This document shows, in pieces, positions 1-9,173 of a stretch of 64,000 bases of DNA. The translations under genes were made by a program, and so were the position numbers. Below the pieces are notes generated by a model. That model made no database searches. It worked only from the letters and a program-made list of their open reading frames with translations, and was not told the DNA's origin. The stretch is from Corallococcus exiguus (GTDB lineage: Bacteria > Myxococcota > Myxococcia > Myxococcales > Myxococcaceae), in assembly GCF_017302975.1 (NCBI RefSeq), contig NZ_JAFIMT010000003.1. The stretch is one strand, 5' to 3'. Positions within the stretch are counted from its first letter, which is position 1. Every line of letters starts with the position of its first letter.

Positions 1-453
1 ACCAGGGCGTCTCGCCCGTCGCCGGATGGTACGGCTTGGGGTGCTCGTCCGGGAACAGCCGGGCCTCCACCAGTCCCGTGTCCGCCCGCTGATCCGCCAC
101 CCGCGCCAGCTCCCGCACGCAGTCCGGATGCAGGAGCCCGTCCGGATTCACACAGACGTAGTACCGAGCACCACCCGAGCCGAAGGCCTCCGTCATCAGC
201 CGATTGTGCGCGGCCCCGAAGCCCAGGTTCCTCCCGGCGTGCCGGTAGTCCGCGTCCGCGTCCAGCCGCGCCACCCGCGCGCGCAGCGTGTCGTCCGGCG
301 AGTTGTCCATCCAGACGACCCGGAACGCGGGCGCACCCGGGGCCTCGCGGTTCCACCGGAGCGACTCCCACAGTCGCTCCAGCTCCCGCTCCGGGTTCCG
401 GTAAAGCACGATGCCCAGCCAGATGCCCGGCCTTCCCCCATTCGCCGAAGCAG
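1..453 (-). CDS. GT2 glycosyltransferase (WbgA-like); runs off the window start, so the C-terminus is missing
   Basis: Hand translation of the minus strand gives ...GIWLGIVLYRNPERELERLWESLRWNREAPGAPAFRVVWMDNSPDDTLRARVARLDADADYRHAGRNLGFGAAHNRLM..., typical of a family-2 glycosyltransferase. It is not in the ORF track because there is no stop inside the window. The likely GTG start is at 453, 7 nt after the wzt stop. Confidence 0.6.
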
Positions 454-459
454 GGCCGC

Positions 460-1770
460 TCACGATCCGACGTCTCGCACTGGCGCCACGCGAGCCGCGG
501 CGCCCTCCACGATCCACCGGTGCGGAGGCCGCGTCAGGCCCCCGTCTCGCACGCTGGAGCGCACCTCGAAGGCGCACGCCGCCTCGCGCTTCTCCCGCAC
601 CTGCCCTGCCCGGTCTCGCACCACCACCGTGAACGCGTAGCGCCCCGCGGTAAGGCCCAGCCGGTCCACCACGAAGCGCACCGTCCCGCTGCCGGCCGCC
701 GCCGCGCAGAAGGGCACGTCCTCCGCGAACGTGTCCGTGGCGTGCACCAGCACCCCGTCCGCCCGGGAGAGCTCCAGCCCCAGGCCCAGCTCCGGCGCGG
801 GCGTGCGCGCGGTGTACGCCACGCTCAGCTCCAGGCCGTCCTCGGTGTCCACGAACTCCACCGCCGCGCCGTCCCGGCCCAGCAGCCGCACCGCGTCCAC
901 GGTGAGCGCAGACGGTTCGGCCTGGGGCGCCGCCAGCGACGGCAGCGCACCGCCATCCGACGCCAACGCGGGCGCCTCCATGGACATGCCACGCTCCTCC
1001 GCCAGCGCCACCGCGCGACGGTAGCTGCGGATGACGTCCGCGGGCGGACCGAACTCGCGGATGCGCCCGGCGTCGATCCACGCGCCCAGGTCGCACCAGC
1101 GCTCCAGCGTCCCCAGGTCGTGGGTGACGATGACGATGGTCTTCCCGGCCCGCTTGAACTCCGTCATCTTCGCCAGGCTCTTCTTGCCGAAGTGCTCGTC
1201 ACCGACGGCGAGGATCTCGTCGATGATGAGGATGTCCGGATCCACGTGCGTGGCCACGGAGAACGCTAGGCGCATGTACATGCCGCTGGAGTAGGTGCGC
1301 ACCGGCTCGTCGATGAAGTCGCCCAGCTCGCTGAAGGAGATGATCTCCTCCATCCGCGCCTTCACCTCCGCGCGCGACATCCCCAGGATGATGCCGTTGA
1401 TGAGGATGTTCTCCCGGCCGGAGAAGTCCGGGTGGAAGCCCGCGCCCAGGTCCAACAGCGCGCTGATGCGCCCGTTGATGTCGATGGTGCCCGTGGTCGG
1501 CGTGTAGATGCCGGAGATGAGCTTGAGCAGCGTGCTCTTGCCGGAGCCGTTGCGCCCGATGATGCCCACCGTCTTGCCGCGGGGCACCACCAGGTCAATG
1601 CCCCGGAGCGCTTCGATCATGGACTTGCCGTCCCTGTCGCGCTGGCCACGCAGGAGGCGGATGAGCTCCGACTTGATGGTGGTGTACTCGCGCCGGATGG
1701 TGCTCTTCCGGAAGCTCTTCACCACGTTGCGGAGCACGATGGCGTCCGGAGACGCGATGGCGCTGGTCAT
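460..1770 (-). CDS. wzt: O-antigen/teichoic-acid-type ABC exporter ATP-binding protein (Wzt/TagH-like) with a C-terminal carbohydrate-binding-like extension
   Basis: Walker A GRNGSGKST, ABC signature YSSGMYMRLAF and Walker B ILIIDE are present; an extra roughly 200-aa C-terminal domain is as in Wzt. The start is taken at MTSAIAS (ATG about 1770) inside ORF 460..1851. Confidence 0.85.
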   Translation of the reverse strand: MTSAIASPDAIVLRNVVKSFRKSTIRREYTTIKSELIRLLRGQRDRDGKSMIEALRGIDLVVPRGKTVGIIGRNGSGKSTLLKLISGIYTPTTGTIDINGRISALLDLGAGFHPDFSGRENILINGIILGMSRAEVKARMEEIISFSELGDFIDEPVRTYSSGMYMRLAFSVATHVDPDILIIDEILAVGDEHFGKKSLAKMTEFKRAGKTIVIVTHDLGTLERWCDLGAWIDAGRIREFGPPADVIRSYRRAVALAEERGMSMEAPALASDGGALPSLAAPQAEPSALTVDAVRLLGRDGAAVEFVDTEDGLELSVAYTARTPAPELGLGLELSRADGVLVHATDTFAEDVPFCAAAAGSGTVRFVVDRLGLTAGRYAFTVVVRDRAGQVREKREAACAFEVRSSVRDGGLTRPPHRWIVEGAAARVAPVRDVGS

Positions 1771-2567
1771 ATGAACTCCGCGAAGTCCTCGCGACGGCGC
1801 TCGAAGATGCCGGCCGCGATCCACAACAGCGCCAGGGAGATGCCCATCCACATCAGGAGCGGGCCGGGCTGCGGCAGCTGGTGTTCGTAGAAGATGGACT
1901 GGTACGACGTCACCATCACCGCCATGGGGTTGAGCAGGACAATCGGCCCCCGGGCCACCTCAGGTAGCGAGTCCACCCGGTAGAACACCGGCGTGACGAA
2001 GAACCACATCGTCAGGAGATTCGCGATGATCTGCTGCAGGTCCCGGAACGTCACGTTGAGCGCGGACACGATGTAAACGAGCGCCACCGTCATGCACAGC
2101 TGCGTGAGCAGCACCACCGGGAACGCCACCACGTGCCAGCTGGGCACGTAGCCCAAGAGCAGCCCCAGCGCGACCATCAGCGGCAGGGACAGCACGTAGT
2201 TGCACAGGTTGGTCACCACCACCGTGGCCGGCAGCACCTGCGCGGGGAAGCGCACCTTGGTGAGCAGGTCGCGCCGATCACTGATGGCGCTGGCCCCCGT
2301 CCCCAGCGACGTGGAGAACCAGATCCACGGGAGCAGACCGATGAAGACGAAGAACGTGTACCCGGGGATCTTCTGCCGCATGTAGACGGTGAAGAGCAGC
2401 GAGTAGACGCCCATCTGGAGCATCGGGTTGAGGAACGTCCAGAAGAAGCCGAGCACCGAGTTCCGGTACCGCGCCTTCAGCTCGCGCTGGGTCAGGCTGA
2501 GCAGGAGGCCCCGGTACTGGTAGAGCTCACGGAGGTTGCGAAGCATGCGGCGCCATCCATACCTCAT
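1767..2567 (-). CDS. wzm: ABC-2 type polysaccharide exporter permease (Wzm-like)
   Basis: The product is multi-pass membrane protein; the LRELYQYRGLLLSLTQRELKARYRNSVLGFFW opening is characteristic of ABC-2/Wzm permeases. It overlaps wzt by 4 nt. The start is ambiguous between 2603, 2567 and 2546. Confidence 0.8.
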   Translation of the reverse strand: MRYGWRRMLRNLRELYQYRGLLLSLTQRELKARYRNSVLGFFWTFLNPMLQMGVYSLLFTVYMRQKIPGYTFFVFIGLLPWIWFSTSLGTGASAISDRRDLLTKVRFPAQVLPATVVVTNLCNYVLSLPLMVALGLLLGYVPSWHVVAFPVVLLTQLCMTVALVYIVSALNVTFRDLQQIIANLLTMWFFVTPVFYRVDSLPEVARGPIVLLNPMAVMVTSYQSIFYEHQLPQPGPLLMWMGISLALLWIAAGIFERRREDFAEFI

Positions 2568-2660
2568 GCCCCCGGAAGGTGTCAGGCATGGGACTCCAGC
2601 CATCCACGCGAAAGCCCGTCTGGCCGGCAGCCCTCGCGCGCCCTCTGAGAGGCCATCTTG

Positions 2661-2695
2661 GAAAAGAAAAAGGCCCCCTGGTTTCCCAGAGGGCC
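2661..2695 (-). terminator. Intrinsic terminator downstream of the tandem tRNA-Gly genes (could act bidirectionally)
   Basis: A GC stem GGCCCCCTGG/CCAGAGGGCC with loop TTTC is followed by a U-run on the minus strand (TTTTTCTTTTC). Confidence 0.5.
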
Positions 2696-2701
2696 TTTGA
2701 T

Positions 2702-2776
2702 TGGAGCGGGAAAAGGGATTTGAACCCTCGACCCTCGCCTTGGCAAGGCGATGCTCTACCGCTGAGCTATTCCCGC
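2702..2776 (-). tRNA. tRNA-Gly (anticodon GCC)
   Basis: The reverse complement GCGGGAATAGCTCAGCGGTAGAGCATCGCCTTGCCAAGGCGAGGGTCGAGGGTTCAAATCCCTTTTCCCGCTCCA folds as a cloverleaf with anticodon loop TTGCCAA (GCC), a T-arm GGTTCAAATCC and an encoded CCA. Confidence 0.9.
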
Positions 2777-2806
2777 ATCAGGTACTGCGGTGCTGCGTGC
2801 TTCGTT

Positions 2807-2881
2807 TGGAGCGGGAAAAGGGATTTGAACCCTCGACCCTCGCCTTGGCAAGGCGATGCTCTACCGCTGAGCTATTCCCGC
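2807..2881 (-). tRNA. tRNA-Gly (anticodon GCC), second identical tandem copy
   Basis: This 75-nt sequence is identical to the copy at 2702..2776 and lies 30 nt away from it. Confidence 0.9.
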
Positions 2882-2966
2882 ATCAGGTACCGCTGTGTTG
2901 CTCGCCACCCACCGGTCGGTGCCGCGCCGGAGGTGGGGTGCGATATACAGAGGCCCTTCGGACACG

Positions 2967-3656
2967 TCAAACACTTTTCGCATCCGGATCCGTGCTGCCC
3001 CGGCGGGCAAGCATGTTGAGGAACGCGCGGAAGTAGACGACCGCGCTCCACACGGAGAACGCACCCGACAGGTACACCAGCACCTTGCCCACCTGGTTGT
3101 AGTCCACGGTGACGACGCGGAAGCCCACGTCCAGCGGGTGCACGTAGTGGACGCACAGGGAGATGATCCCCACCAGCTGGAGGGACGTCTTCCACTTCCC
3201 CTCCTGCCCCGCGGCGATGACCATGCCTTCACTGGCGGCGATGGTGCGCAGGCCGGTGACGATGAACTCACGGGCCAGCAGCACGATGACGACCCAGGCG
3301 GCGATGCGGCCCAGGCGCACCATCATCACCAGCGCGGCCATGGCGATGAGCTTGTCCGCCAGCGGATCCATGAACTTGCCGACGACGGTGATGAGGTTCC
3401 AGCGGCGCGCCAGGTAGCCGTCAATCACGTCGGTGATGGCGGCCACGGCGAACACCAGGCCCGCCAGCAGCGAGTGCAGGGGGTCCGCGTCGTAGGTGAG
3501 CCAGACGAACACGGGGATGAGGAGGATGCGCCCCAGCGTCAGCATGTTGGGCAGGTTCCAGAATTCCTGCACCAGGATGCTGGGACGGCGGGACGCGCGG
3601 CGGCGGGCCCGCTCCTCGCGCTTGCGCTGCTTCCTGAGGGCTCGCTCGGTGGCCAT
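2967..3656 (-). CDS. pgsA: CDP-diacylglycerol--glycerol-3-phosphate 3-phosphatidyltransferase
   Basis: It carries the CDP-alcohol phosphatidyltransferase motif DGYLAR...G...DPLADK and the product is multi-pass membrane protein. The position next to tRNA-Gly is a common arrangement. Confidence 0.85.
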   Translation of the reverse strand: MATERALRKQRKREERARRRASRRPSILVQEFWNLPNMLTLGRILLIPVFVWLTYDADPLHSLLAGLVFAVAAITDVIDGYLARRWNLITVVGKFMDPLADKLIAMAALVMMVRLGRIAAWVVIVLLAREFIVTGLRTIAASEGMVIAAGQEGKWKTSLQLVGIISLCVHYVHPLDVGFRVVTVDYNQVGKVLVYLSGAFSVWSAVVYFRAFLNMLARRGSTDPDAKSV

Positions 3657-3667
3657 GGGCGCGCGTT

Positions 3668-5458
3668 CTACCGGACCCCGAGTGCGATGAGGGCAAATCC
3701 TTCACCGCCCAGCTCCACCGCCGCCTTCAGTGTCTCCCCGGCGGCGGATGTCACGAGCGGCACCACGCGGGGCGTGAGGTTGCCCACCCAGCCCACCAGG
3801 TGCGTGAGGGGCACCGTCACCGGCTGGTCCATGGCCACCGGCACCGAGCGCAGCGGCCCCGTCAGGCTGAGCAGCACCCGCCCCTGCCCGCGCAGGTGCA
3901 CCAGGTCCAGGTCCTGGGCCAGGTCCGACGGCACGCGGCCGTTCTCGAAGACGACGGGCTCCTCGAAGGAGAAGACGCACGCGTCGCGCAGGTAGACGGA
4001 CTCGTCGTCCAGGGAGACAGCCACCCACTGCCGCCCGGACACGGGCTCCAGGTGCAGCGTCCCCTGCCCCCGGGCGCGCACCATGGACTGGTCGCCCTCG
4101 CCAAAGGGCTTGTCCGTGGCCCGCCCCCGGAAGCGCTTCATCTCCGGCTCGAAGGTGACCTGGCCGCGCACGGCGATCAGCCCCTCCAGGCGCGTGAGCA
4201 GCTCGCCTTCCACCGCGAGCGCCATCGCGGACACACATTGGGTGAAGGCCTGGCCCGGCGCCGCGCCCGGCAGCGCCACCGAGGGCACCCACGCGGTGAG
4301 CACCGGTGGACTCACGCCGGTTCCGGCATCAGGCGAGGAAGGCGGTTCGGCGGAGTGGGTCACCTGAAGCGACCCGATGGACCGGGTCAACTGGATCGGC
4401 TCGGCAGGCCGGGTCTCCTGAAGCGACCCGGCGGGCCGGGTCGTGGGGGGCTGCTCGCTCGTGGCCAGCGCGGCGAAGGTCTCCGCGAAGGCGTCGCCGG
4501 GCTCCGACTCCAGGTCGGACGCGAGGACGGGCGGCTCCTCCGAGACCTCGATCTCCTCCGACACCGGCGTGGGGGGCAGCTCGTCGGCGACCTCGACGTC
4601 GTCACCGGAGGTGTCCGCGTCCGTGGTGGCGGCGAGCTCCGCGTCTTCGTCAAAGAGGCTCTCGCCCGCGGCCAGGCTGGGGTCCTCGTCCTCCTGGACC
4701 TGGGTCCCGGCGCGCAAGGTGAAGGCGTGGTCATCCGTGGGAGCAGGAGGGCCCTCGTCCTCCGCGAAGCGCATGTCGTCGTCCGGCGGCTTCGCCGCGA
4801 CCTGGGGCGGCGGCGCGGCGGCGGTGCGAGGACTGCGCGGCGCCTCATCCAGACCGAACTGGGCACCCCAGTCACTCTCGCCGGAGGCGGGCGCGGGCGG
4901 CGCGGCGGTCTCCTCCTCCGCCTCCTCGCGCGGACGGGCCGGCATGGGGGCGGCGGGCGGACGGCTGTAGACCTCGCCGGCGATGGCGCGCGACATCTTC
5001 TCCGCCATGGCGTCGCTGCCAGACAGGAGGAAGTGTTCGCGCGCGCGGCCGTACTCGCCCATCTGGGCGAAGGTCAGGCCCAGGTAGTTGTGGGCCTTCT
5101 TGTGATCCGGAGCCAGGTCGGTGGCGGTCTCGAATTCGCGCGCCGCGCGCTGGAGCGCGTTCGTCTTCAAGTAGACGAGCCCCAGGTTCACGCGCAGCGT
5201 CGGGTCCACCGGGTTGTCCCGCACGAGCATCTCGTACAGGTCGGCGGCGCGGTCGAAGAGGCCCAGCTTGAAATACGTCAGGCCCAGGAGGTTCTGGGCC
5301 TTCTCATGGCGCGGCTGGAGCTGGTGCGCACGCTCCAGGAAGTCCTTCGCTTCGGTGACCTTGCCGGCGCCCAGCAGCTCGCTCCCGCGATGGAGCTGCT
5401 GCAGGAACTCCTCTTCATCGGGGCCCGGCGGCTTCGTCCCCTTCGTGCGCGTCGTCAT
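3668..5458 (-). CDS. TPR-repeat protein with an acidic/Pro-rich linker and a conserved C-terminal domain (possibly AIM24/DUF124-like)
   Basis: Three N-terminal TPR motifs are present (AKDFLERAHQLQP..., LGLTYFKLG..., LGLVYLKTN...). The long non-repetitive ORF has good codon bias. The start is either ATG 5458 or GTG 5476, and either choice overlaps the upstream SLT gene by 44 or 62 nt. Confidence 0.7.
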   Translation of the reverse strand: MTTRTKGTKPPGPDEEEFLQQLHRGSELLGAGKVTEAKDFLERAHQLQPRHEKAQNLLGLTYFKLGLFDRAADLYEMLVRDNPVDPTLRVNLGLVYLKTNALQRAAREFETATDLAPDHKKAHNYLGLTFAQMGEYGRAREHFLLSGSDAMAEKMSRAIAGEVYSRPPAAPMPARPREEAEEETAAPPAPASGESDWGAQFGLDEAPRSPRTAAAPPPQVAAKPPDDDMRFAEDEGPPAPTDDHAFTLRAGTQVQEDEDPSLAAGESLFDEDAELAATTDADTSGDDVEVADELPPTPVSEEIEVSEEPPVLASDLESEPGDAFAETFAALATSEQPPTTRPAGSLQETRPAEPIQLTRSIGSLQVTHSAEPPSSPDAGTGVSPPVLTAWVPSVALPGAAPGQAFTQCVSAMALAVEGELLTRLEGLIAVRGQVTFEPEMKRFRGRATDKPFGEGDQSMVRARGQGTLHLEPVSGRQWVAVSLDDESVYLRDACVFSFEEPVVFENGRVPSDLAQDLDLVHLRGQGRVLLSLTGPLRSVPVAMDQPVTVPLTHLVGWVGNLTPRVVPLVTSAAGETLKAAVELGGEGFALIALGVR

Positions 5459-6104
5459 TCTCGGGTGTGGGCTCACGGCTGCTGGCCTCGGCCTGGGCGA
5501 GCCGCTCGCGCTCCTTGTAGTGTTGGTAGAGCTGGAGGACCTTGCGCACGTAATCCTGCGTCTCGGCGTACGGCGGCACCTGGCCTCCGTACTTCTTCAC
5601 CGCGTCCGGCCCGGCGTTGTACGCGGCGACCATCTTCACCATGTCGCCATCGAACATGTTGGCCAGCACGCGCAGGTAGCGCACGCCGCCCTCGATGTTG
5701 TCCTTCGAGTCGAAGATGTCCTTCACGTACATGTCCGACGCGGTGCCCGGCATGAGCTGCATCAGCCCGCTGGCGCCCTTGTGGCTGAGCGCGTTCGGGT
5801 TGAAGTTGCTCTCCGTGTGCATGATGGCGCGCACCAGCGCCGGCGGGATGCGGTAGCGCAGCGCCGCGTTGGTGATGTGCGGATCCAACTCCGTGGGCGT
5901 CCGCGAACGGCCCCGAACGGGAGCGGACTTGGCCGGCGCGGGCGTGAAGGTCCCGGACAGCTTGCGGGCCTTGCGCGCGCCTCCAGGCGGCACGTTCGTG
6001 TAGACGATGGTGCCGTCCTTCTCCACGTAGCTGTAGATGCCGTCCGAGGCGGCGGCCGGCAGGGCGGCGGTCAACAGGACGACGAGGGCGGTCAGGACAC
6101 GCAT
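5415..6104 (-). CDS. Lytic transglycosylase (SLT domain), secreted
   Basis: There is a signal peptide and the SLT catalytic motif HTESNFNPNALSHKGASGLMQLMP, followed by AYNAGP. Confidence 0.8.
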   Translation of the reverse strand: MRVLTALVVLLTAALPAAASDGIYSYVEKDGTIVYTNVPPGGARKARKLSGTFTPAPAKSAPVRGRSRTPTELDPHITNAALRYRIPPALVRAIMHTESNFNPNALSHKGASGLMQLMPGTASDMYVKDIFDSKDNIEGGVRYLRVLANMFDGDMVKMVAAYNAGPDAVKKYGGQVPPYAETQDYVRKVLQLYQHYKERERLAQAEASSREPTPENDDAHEGDEAAGPR

Positions 6105-6187
6105 GGCGGCGGTGCGAAACCTTAGACAACGCCCGGAAAGTCCTCAAGAAAACGCCTTGTTTCCAGCACTTACCGCCATTAAGGCTG

Positions 6188-7780
6188 TTGGCCATGCCCC
6201 ATCGGTTTGATTTTCTGGTCATGGGCGGCGGCGTGGCCGGACTTTCGTTCGCCCTCCAGGCGGCCCGGCACGGCACGGTCGCCGTGCTCACCAAGCGCGA
6301 GCGCGGCGAAGGCAACACCGCCTACGCCCAGGGGGGCATCGCCGGGGTACTTTCCCCCACGGACACCTTCGATTCGCACATCGAGGACACGCTCGTGGCG
6401 GGCGCGGGCCTGTGCCACCGCGACGCGGTGGAGGTGACGGTGCGGGAGGGGCCCGCGCGCCTCAAGGAGCTGGTGGCGCTGGGCGCTGCGTTCGATCAGC
6501 GCGGCGGCGAGTTCGACCTCACGCGCGAGGGGGGCCATTCCGCCCGCCGGATCATCCACGCGGGCGACATCACCGGCCGCGAGGTGCAGCGCGCGCTGCT
6601 GGCCGCGTGCGACGCGCAGCCCAACATCACCTTCTTCCAGAACACGGCCGCCATCGACCTCATCCTGGACCGGCGTCCGCACACCCCGGCCGGCAGCCGG
6701 TGCCTGGGCACGTACGCGCTGATGGAGGACGGCTCCATCGAGCGCTTCCTCTCCAAGGTGACGGTGCTGGCCACGGGTGGCGCGGGCAAGGTGTACCTCT
6801 ACACGTCCAACCCGGACGTCGCGACGGGCGACGGCGTGGCCATGGCGTACCGCGCGGGCGCGCGCGTTGCGAACATGGAGTTCTACCAGTTCCACCCCAC
6901 GTGCCTCTTCCACCCGGAGGCCAAGAGCTTCCTGATCAGCGAAGCGCTGCGCGGCGAGGGCGGCAAGCTGCGGCTCAAGGGCGGCCAGACGTTCATGGAC
7001 CGCTACCACCCCATGCGGGACCTGGCCCCGCGCGACGTGGTGGCGCGCGCCATCGACGCGGAGCTCAAGCGCACGGGCAATGACTGCGTCTACCTGGACA
7101 TGACGCACCTGGGCCGCGCGTACCTCACCGAGCGCTTCCCCAACATCTACGCCACCTGCAAGGCCTTCAACATCGACATGGCGGTGCAGCCCATCCCCGT
7201 GGTGCCAGCGGCCCACTACCAGTGCGGCGGCGTGGTGACGGACCTGCACGGGCGCACCAACATCCCGGGCCTCTACGCCATCGGCGAGGTGTCCTGCACC
7301 GGCCTGCACGGCGCGAACCGGCTCGCCTCCAACTCGCTGCTGGAGGGCCTGGTGTACGGCCACCGCGCGGTGCAGGTGGCCTCGGAGGAGCTGGCGTCCC
7401 TGACGCTGCCGAAGGAGGACCCGCCGGCCTGGGACTCCGGCAGCGCGGTGGACTCCGACGAGAGCGTGGTCGTCACCCACAACTGGGATGAGATCCGCCG
7501 GCTGATGTGGAACTACGTGGGCATCGTCCGCACGGACAAGCGGCTGATGCGCGCGCGGCGGCGGCTGGAGCTCTTGCGCGAGGAGATCCGCGACTACTAC
7601 TGGCGCTTCAAGGTCACTCGCGACGTCATCGAGCTGCGCAACATCGCGGAGGTGGCGCACCTCATCGTGGACTGCGCCAGCCGCCGCAAGGAGAGCCGGG
7701 GCCTGCACTACACCCTGGACTACCCCCACACGGACGAGCACCAGGGCACGCGCGACACCGTCCTTTCGCGGGAGCTGTGA
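6188..7780 (+). CDS. nadB: L-aspartate oxidase
   Basis: The FAD-binding N-terminus reads DFLVMGGGVAGLSFAL; it has AQGGIAG and HYQCGGV motifs and the full 530 aa length typical of NadB. Confidence 0.9.
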   Translation: MAMPHRFDFLVMGGGVAGLSFALQAARHGTVAVLTKRERGEGNTAYAQGGIAGVLSPTDTFDSHIEDTLVAGAGLCHRDAVEVTVREGPARLKELVALGAAFDQRGGEFDLTREGGHSARRIIHAGDITGREVQRALLAACDAQPNITFFQNTAAIDLILDRRPHTPAGSRCLGTYALMEDGSIERFLSKVTVLATGGAGKVYLYTSNPDVATGDGVAMAYRAGARVANMEFYQFHPTCLFHPEAKSFLISEALRGEGGKLRLKGGQTFMDRYHPMRDLAPRDVVARAIDAELKRTGNDCVYLDMTHLGRAYLTERFPNIYATCKAFNIDMAVQPIPVVPAAHYQCGGVVTDLHGRTNIPGLYAIGEVSCTGLHGANRLASNSLLEGLVYGHRAVQVASEELASLTLPKEDPPAWDSGSAVDSDESVVVTHNWDEIRRLMWNYVGIVRTDKRLMRARRRLELLREEIRDYYWRFKVTRDVIELRNIAEVAHLIVDCASRRKESRGLHYTLDYPHTDEHQGTRDTVLSREL

Positions 7781-7786
7781 GAACCC

Positions 7787-8551
7787 ATGTCCCGTCCGCG
7801 CCGCATGCTGGATGACCTCCCCGGCCCCTCCGGGCTGGGAGACGAAAAGGACAACGCGCCCCGTGGACAGGGCGGGGACGGACCGCCCCCGGGCCCCCAG
7901 CAGCCCCGGCCCGCGCTGCCCACGCCCTATGTCAGCTTCGCCATCATCGCGGGCGCGGTGGGGATGTTCGTCCTCAGTCGCTCCCTCGGCCGGCCGCTGA
8001 TCATCGACGGGACGAACTACGGCATCGTGGGGCCGCTGGCGCTCTACGGGCCGTGGGTCCAGGCGGGCGAGTACTGGCGCCTGCTCGGCATGGTGTTCGA
8101 GCACGGCGGCGCGATGCACCTGCTCTTCAACATGCTCGCCGTCTATTCGCTGGGCGCGTCGCTGGAGCGCGGCATCGGAAGCCTGAGGTTCCTGGGGCTG
8201 TCGCTCGTCACCGCGCTGGGCGGCTCCGCGTTCGCGCTCTTCTTCAACTTCGACATCGTGACGGTGGGCGCGTCCGGAATGATCCTCGGCTGGGGCGGCG
8301 CGATGCTGCCCATCCTCAACCAGCAGGGCCGCCGGGATCACATGTTCTGGCTCGTGCAGGTGGCGGTCATCAGCCTGCTGCCCGGGGTGAGCTGGGCGGG
8401 GCACCTGGGCGGCTTCGTCTTCGGCCTGCCATGCGGCATGGCGCTGCGCATGGGCCCGAAGGTCTACGCGCGCGCCATCCCCGTCCTGCTGTTCATCGCC
8501 GCGGCGCTGGCCGTGGTCGCCGCCCATCCCGGGCGCCTTGGAGGCCTTTGA
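7787..8551 (+). CDS. Rhomboid-family intramembrane serine protease
   Basis: It has 6-7 TM helices, the GASGMILG (GxSG) catalytic serine motif and a conserved His in AGHLGG. Confidence 0.8.
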   Translation: MSRPRRMLDDLPGPSGLGDEKDNAPRGQGGDGPPPGPQQPRPALPTPYVSFAIIAGAVGMFVLSRSLGRPLIIDGTNYGIVGPLALYGPWVQAGEYWRLLGMVFEHGGAMHLLFNMLAVYSLGASLERGIGSLRFLGLSLVTALGGSAFALFFNFDIVTVGASGMILGWGGAMLPILNQQGRRDHMFWLVQVAVISLLPGVSWAGHLGGFVFGLPCGMALRMGPKVYARAIPVLLFIAAALAVVAAHPGRLGGL

Positions 8552-8553
8552 CG

Positions 8554-9156
8554 ATGGCTGAACCCACCGTGCGCAGCGTCTGCGTCTTCTGTGGCTCGCG
8601 CTCCGGCGTGCGCGCCGAGTACCGCGAGGCCGCTTCCAGGATGGGGGCGGCGCTGGCGAAGCGGGGGCTGACGCTCGTCTACGGCGGCGCCAGCGTGGGG
8701 CTGATGGGCGCGGTGGCGGACGCGGTCATCGCCAACGGCGGCAAGACCGTGGGCGTGCTCCCCCACTTCATGGACGCGAAGGAGCTGGCCCACCCGCGGC
8801 TGACGGAGCTGCACCGGGTGGACTCCATGCACTCGCGCAAGGCGATGATGGCCGAGCGCTCGGACGCCTTCGTCGCCCTGCCCGGCGGCTTCGGCACGCT
8901 GGACGAGCTCTTCGAAATCGTCACCTGGGCGCAGCTGGGCCTGCACCGCAAGCCCATGGGCCTGCTGGACGTGGACGGCTTCTTCCAGCCGCTGCTCGCG
9001 ATGGCGAAGCAGATGGTGGAGGCGGGCTTCGTCCCGGAGACGCAGGGCGTGCCCTTCGCGGTGAATGCCTCGCCGGACGCGCTCCTGGACCGCCTGCTCG
9101 CGGGGCCCACGATGCCGCTCACGTCGAAGTGGCTGAAGGACGGCCAGCAGACCTGA
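8554..9156 (+). CDS. LOG-family cytokinin riboside 5'-monophosphate phosphoribohydrolase (TIGR00730)
   Basis: The sequence VCVFCGSRSG...LVYGGASVGLMGAVA...PGGFGTLDELFE is the LOG signature. The ATG at 8554 lies directly after the rhomboid stop. Confidence 0.85.
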   Translation: MAEPTVRSVCVFCGSRSGVRAEYREAASRMGAALAKRGLTLVYGGASVGLMGAVADAVIANGGKTVGVLPHFMDAKELAHPRLTELHRVDSMHSRKAMMAERSDAFVALPGGFGTLDELFEIVTWAQLGLHRKPMGLLDVDGFFQPLLAMAKQMVEAGFVPETQGVPFAVNASPDALLDRLLAGPTMPLTSKWLKDGQQT

Positions 9157-9173
9157 AGGCCGTCCCGCCGCGT

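Noticed and set aside
26-640. 204-aa plus-strand ORF at the window start
   Set aside because: The product is Arg/Pro-rich with no motifs. It lies antisense to a well-supported GT2 glycosyltransferase and the wzt end, so it is a typical high-GC mirror ORF.
2604-2966. Genomic-island or mobile-element boundary at the tandem tRNA-Gly genes
   Set aside because: No integrase, transposase, or direct repeat of the tRNA 3' end is visible within the window. The adjacent genes (pgsA, wzm) are housekeeping genes.
3800-5755. 651-aa plus-strand ORF (and similar long ORFs at 6179..8527-, 9842..11857+, 13259..15307-, 16941..18635+, 26439..28574+, 29323..31359+, 43549..45513+, 60662..62965-)
   Set aside because: All are antisense or frame-shifted relative to genes with clear domain signatures. 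Their products are Arg/Gly/Ala/Pro-dominated low-complexity sequences characteristic of alternative frames in roughly 70% GC DNA.
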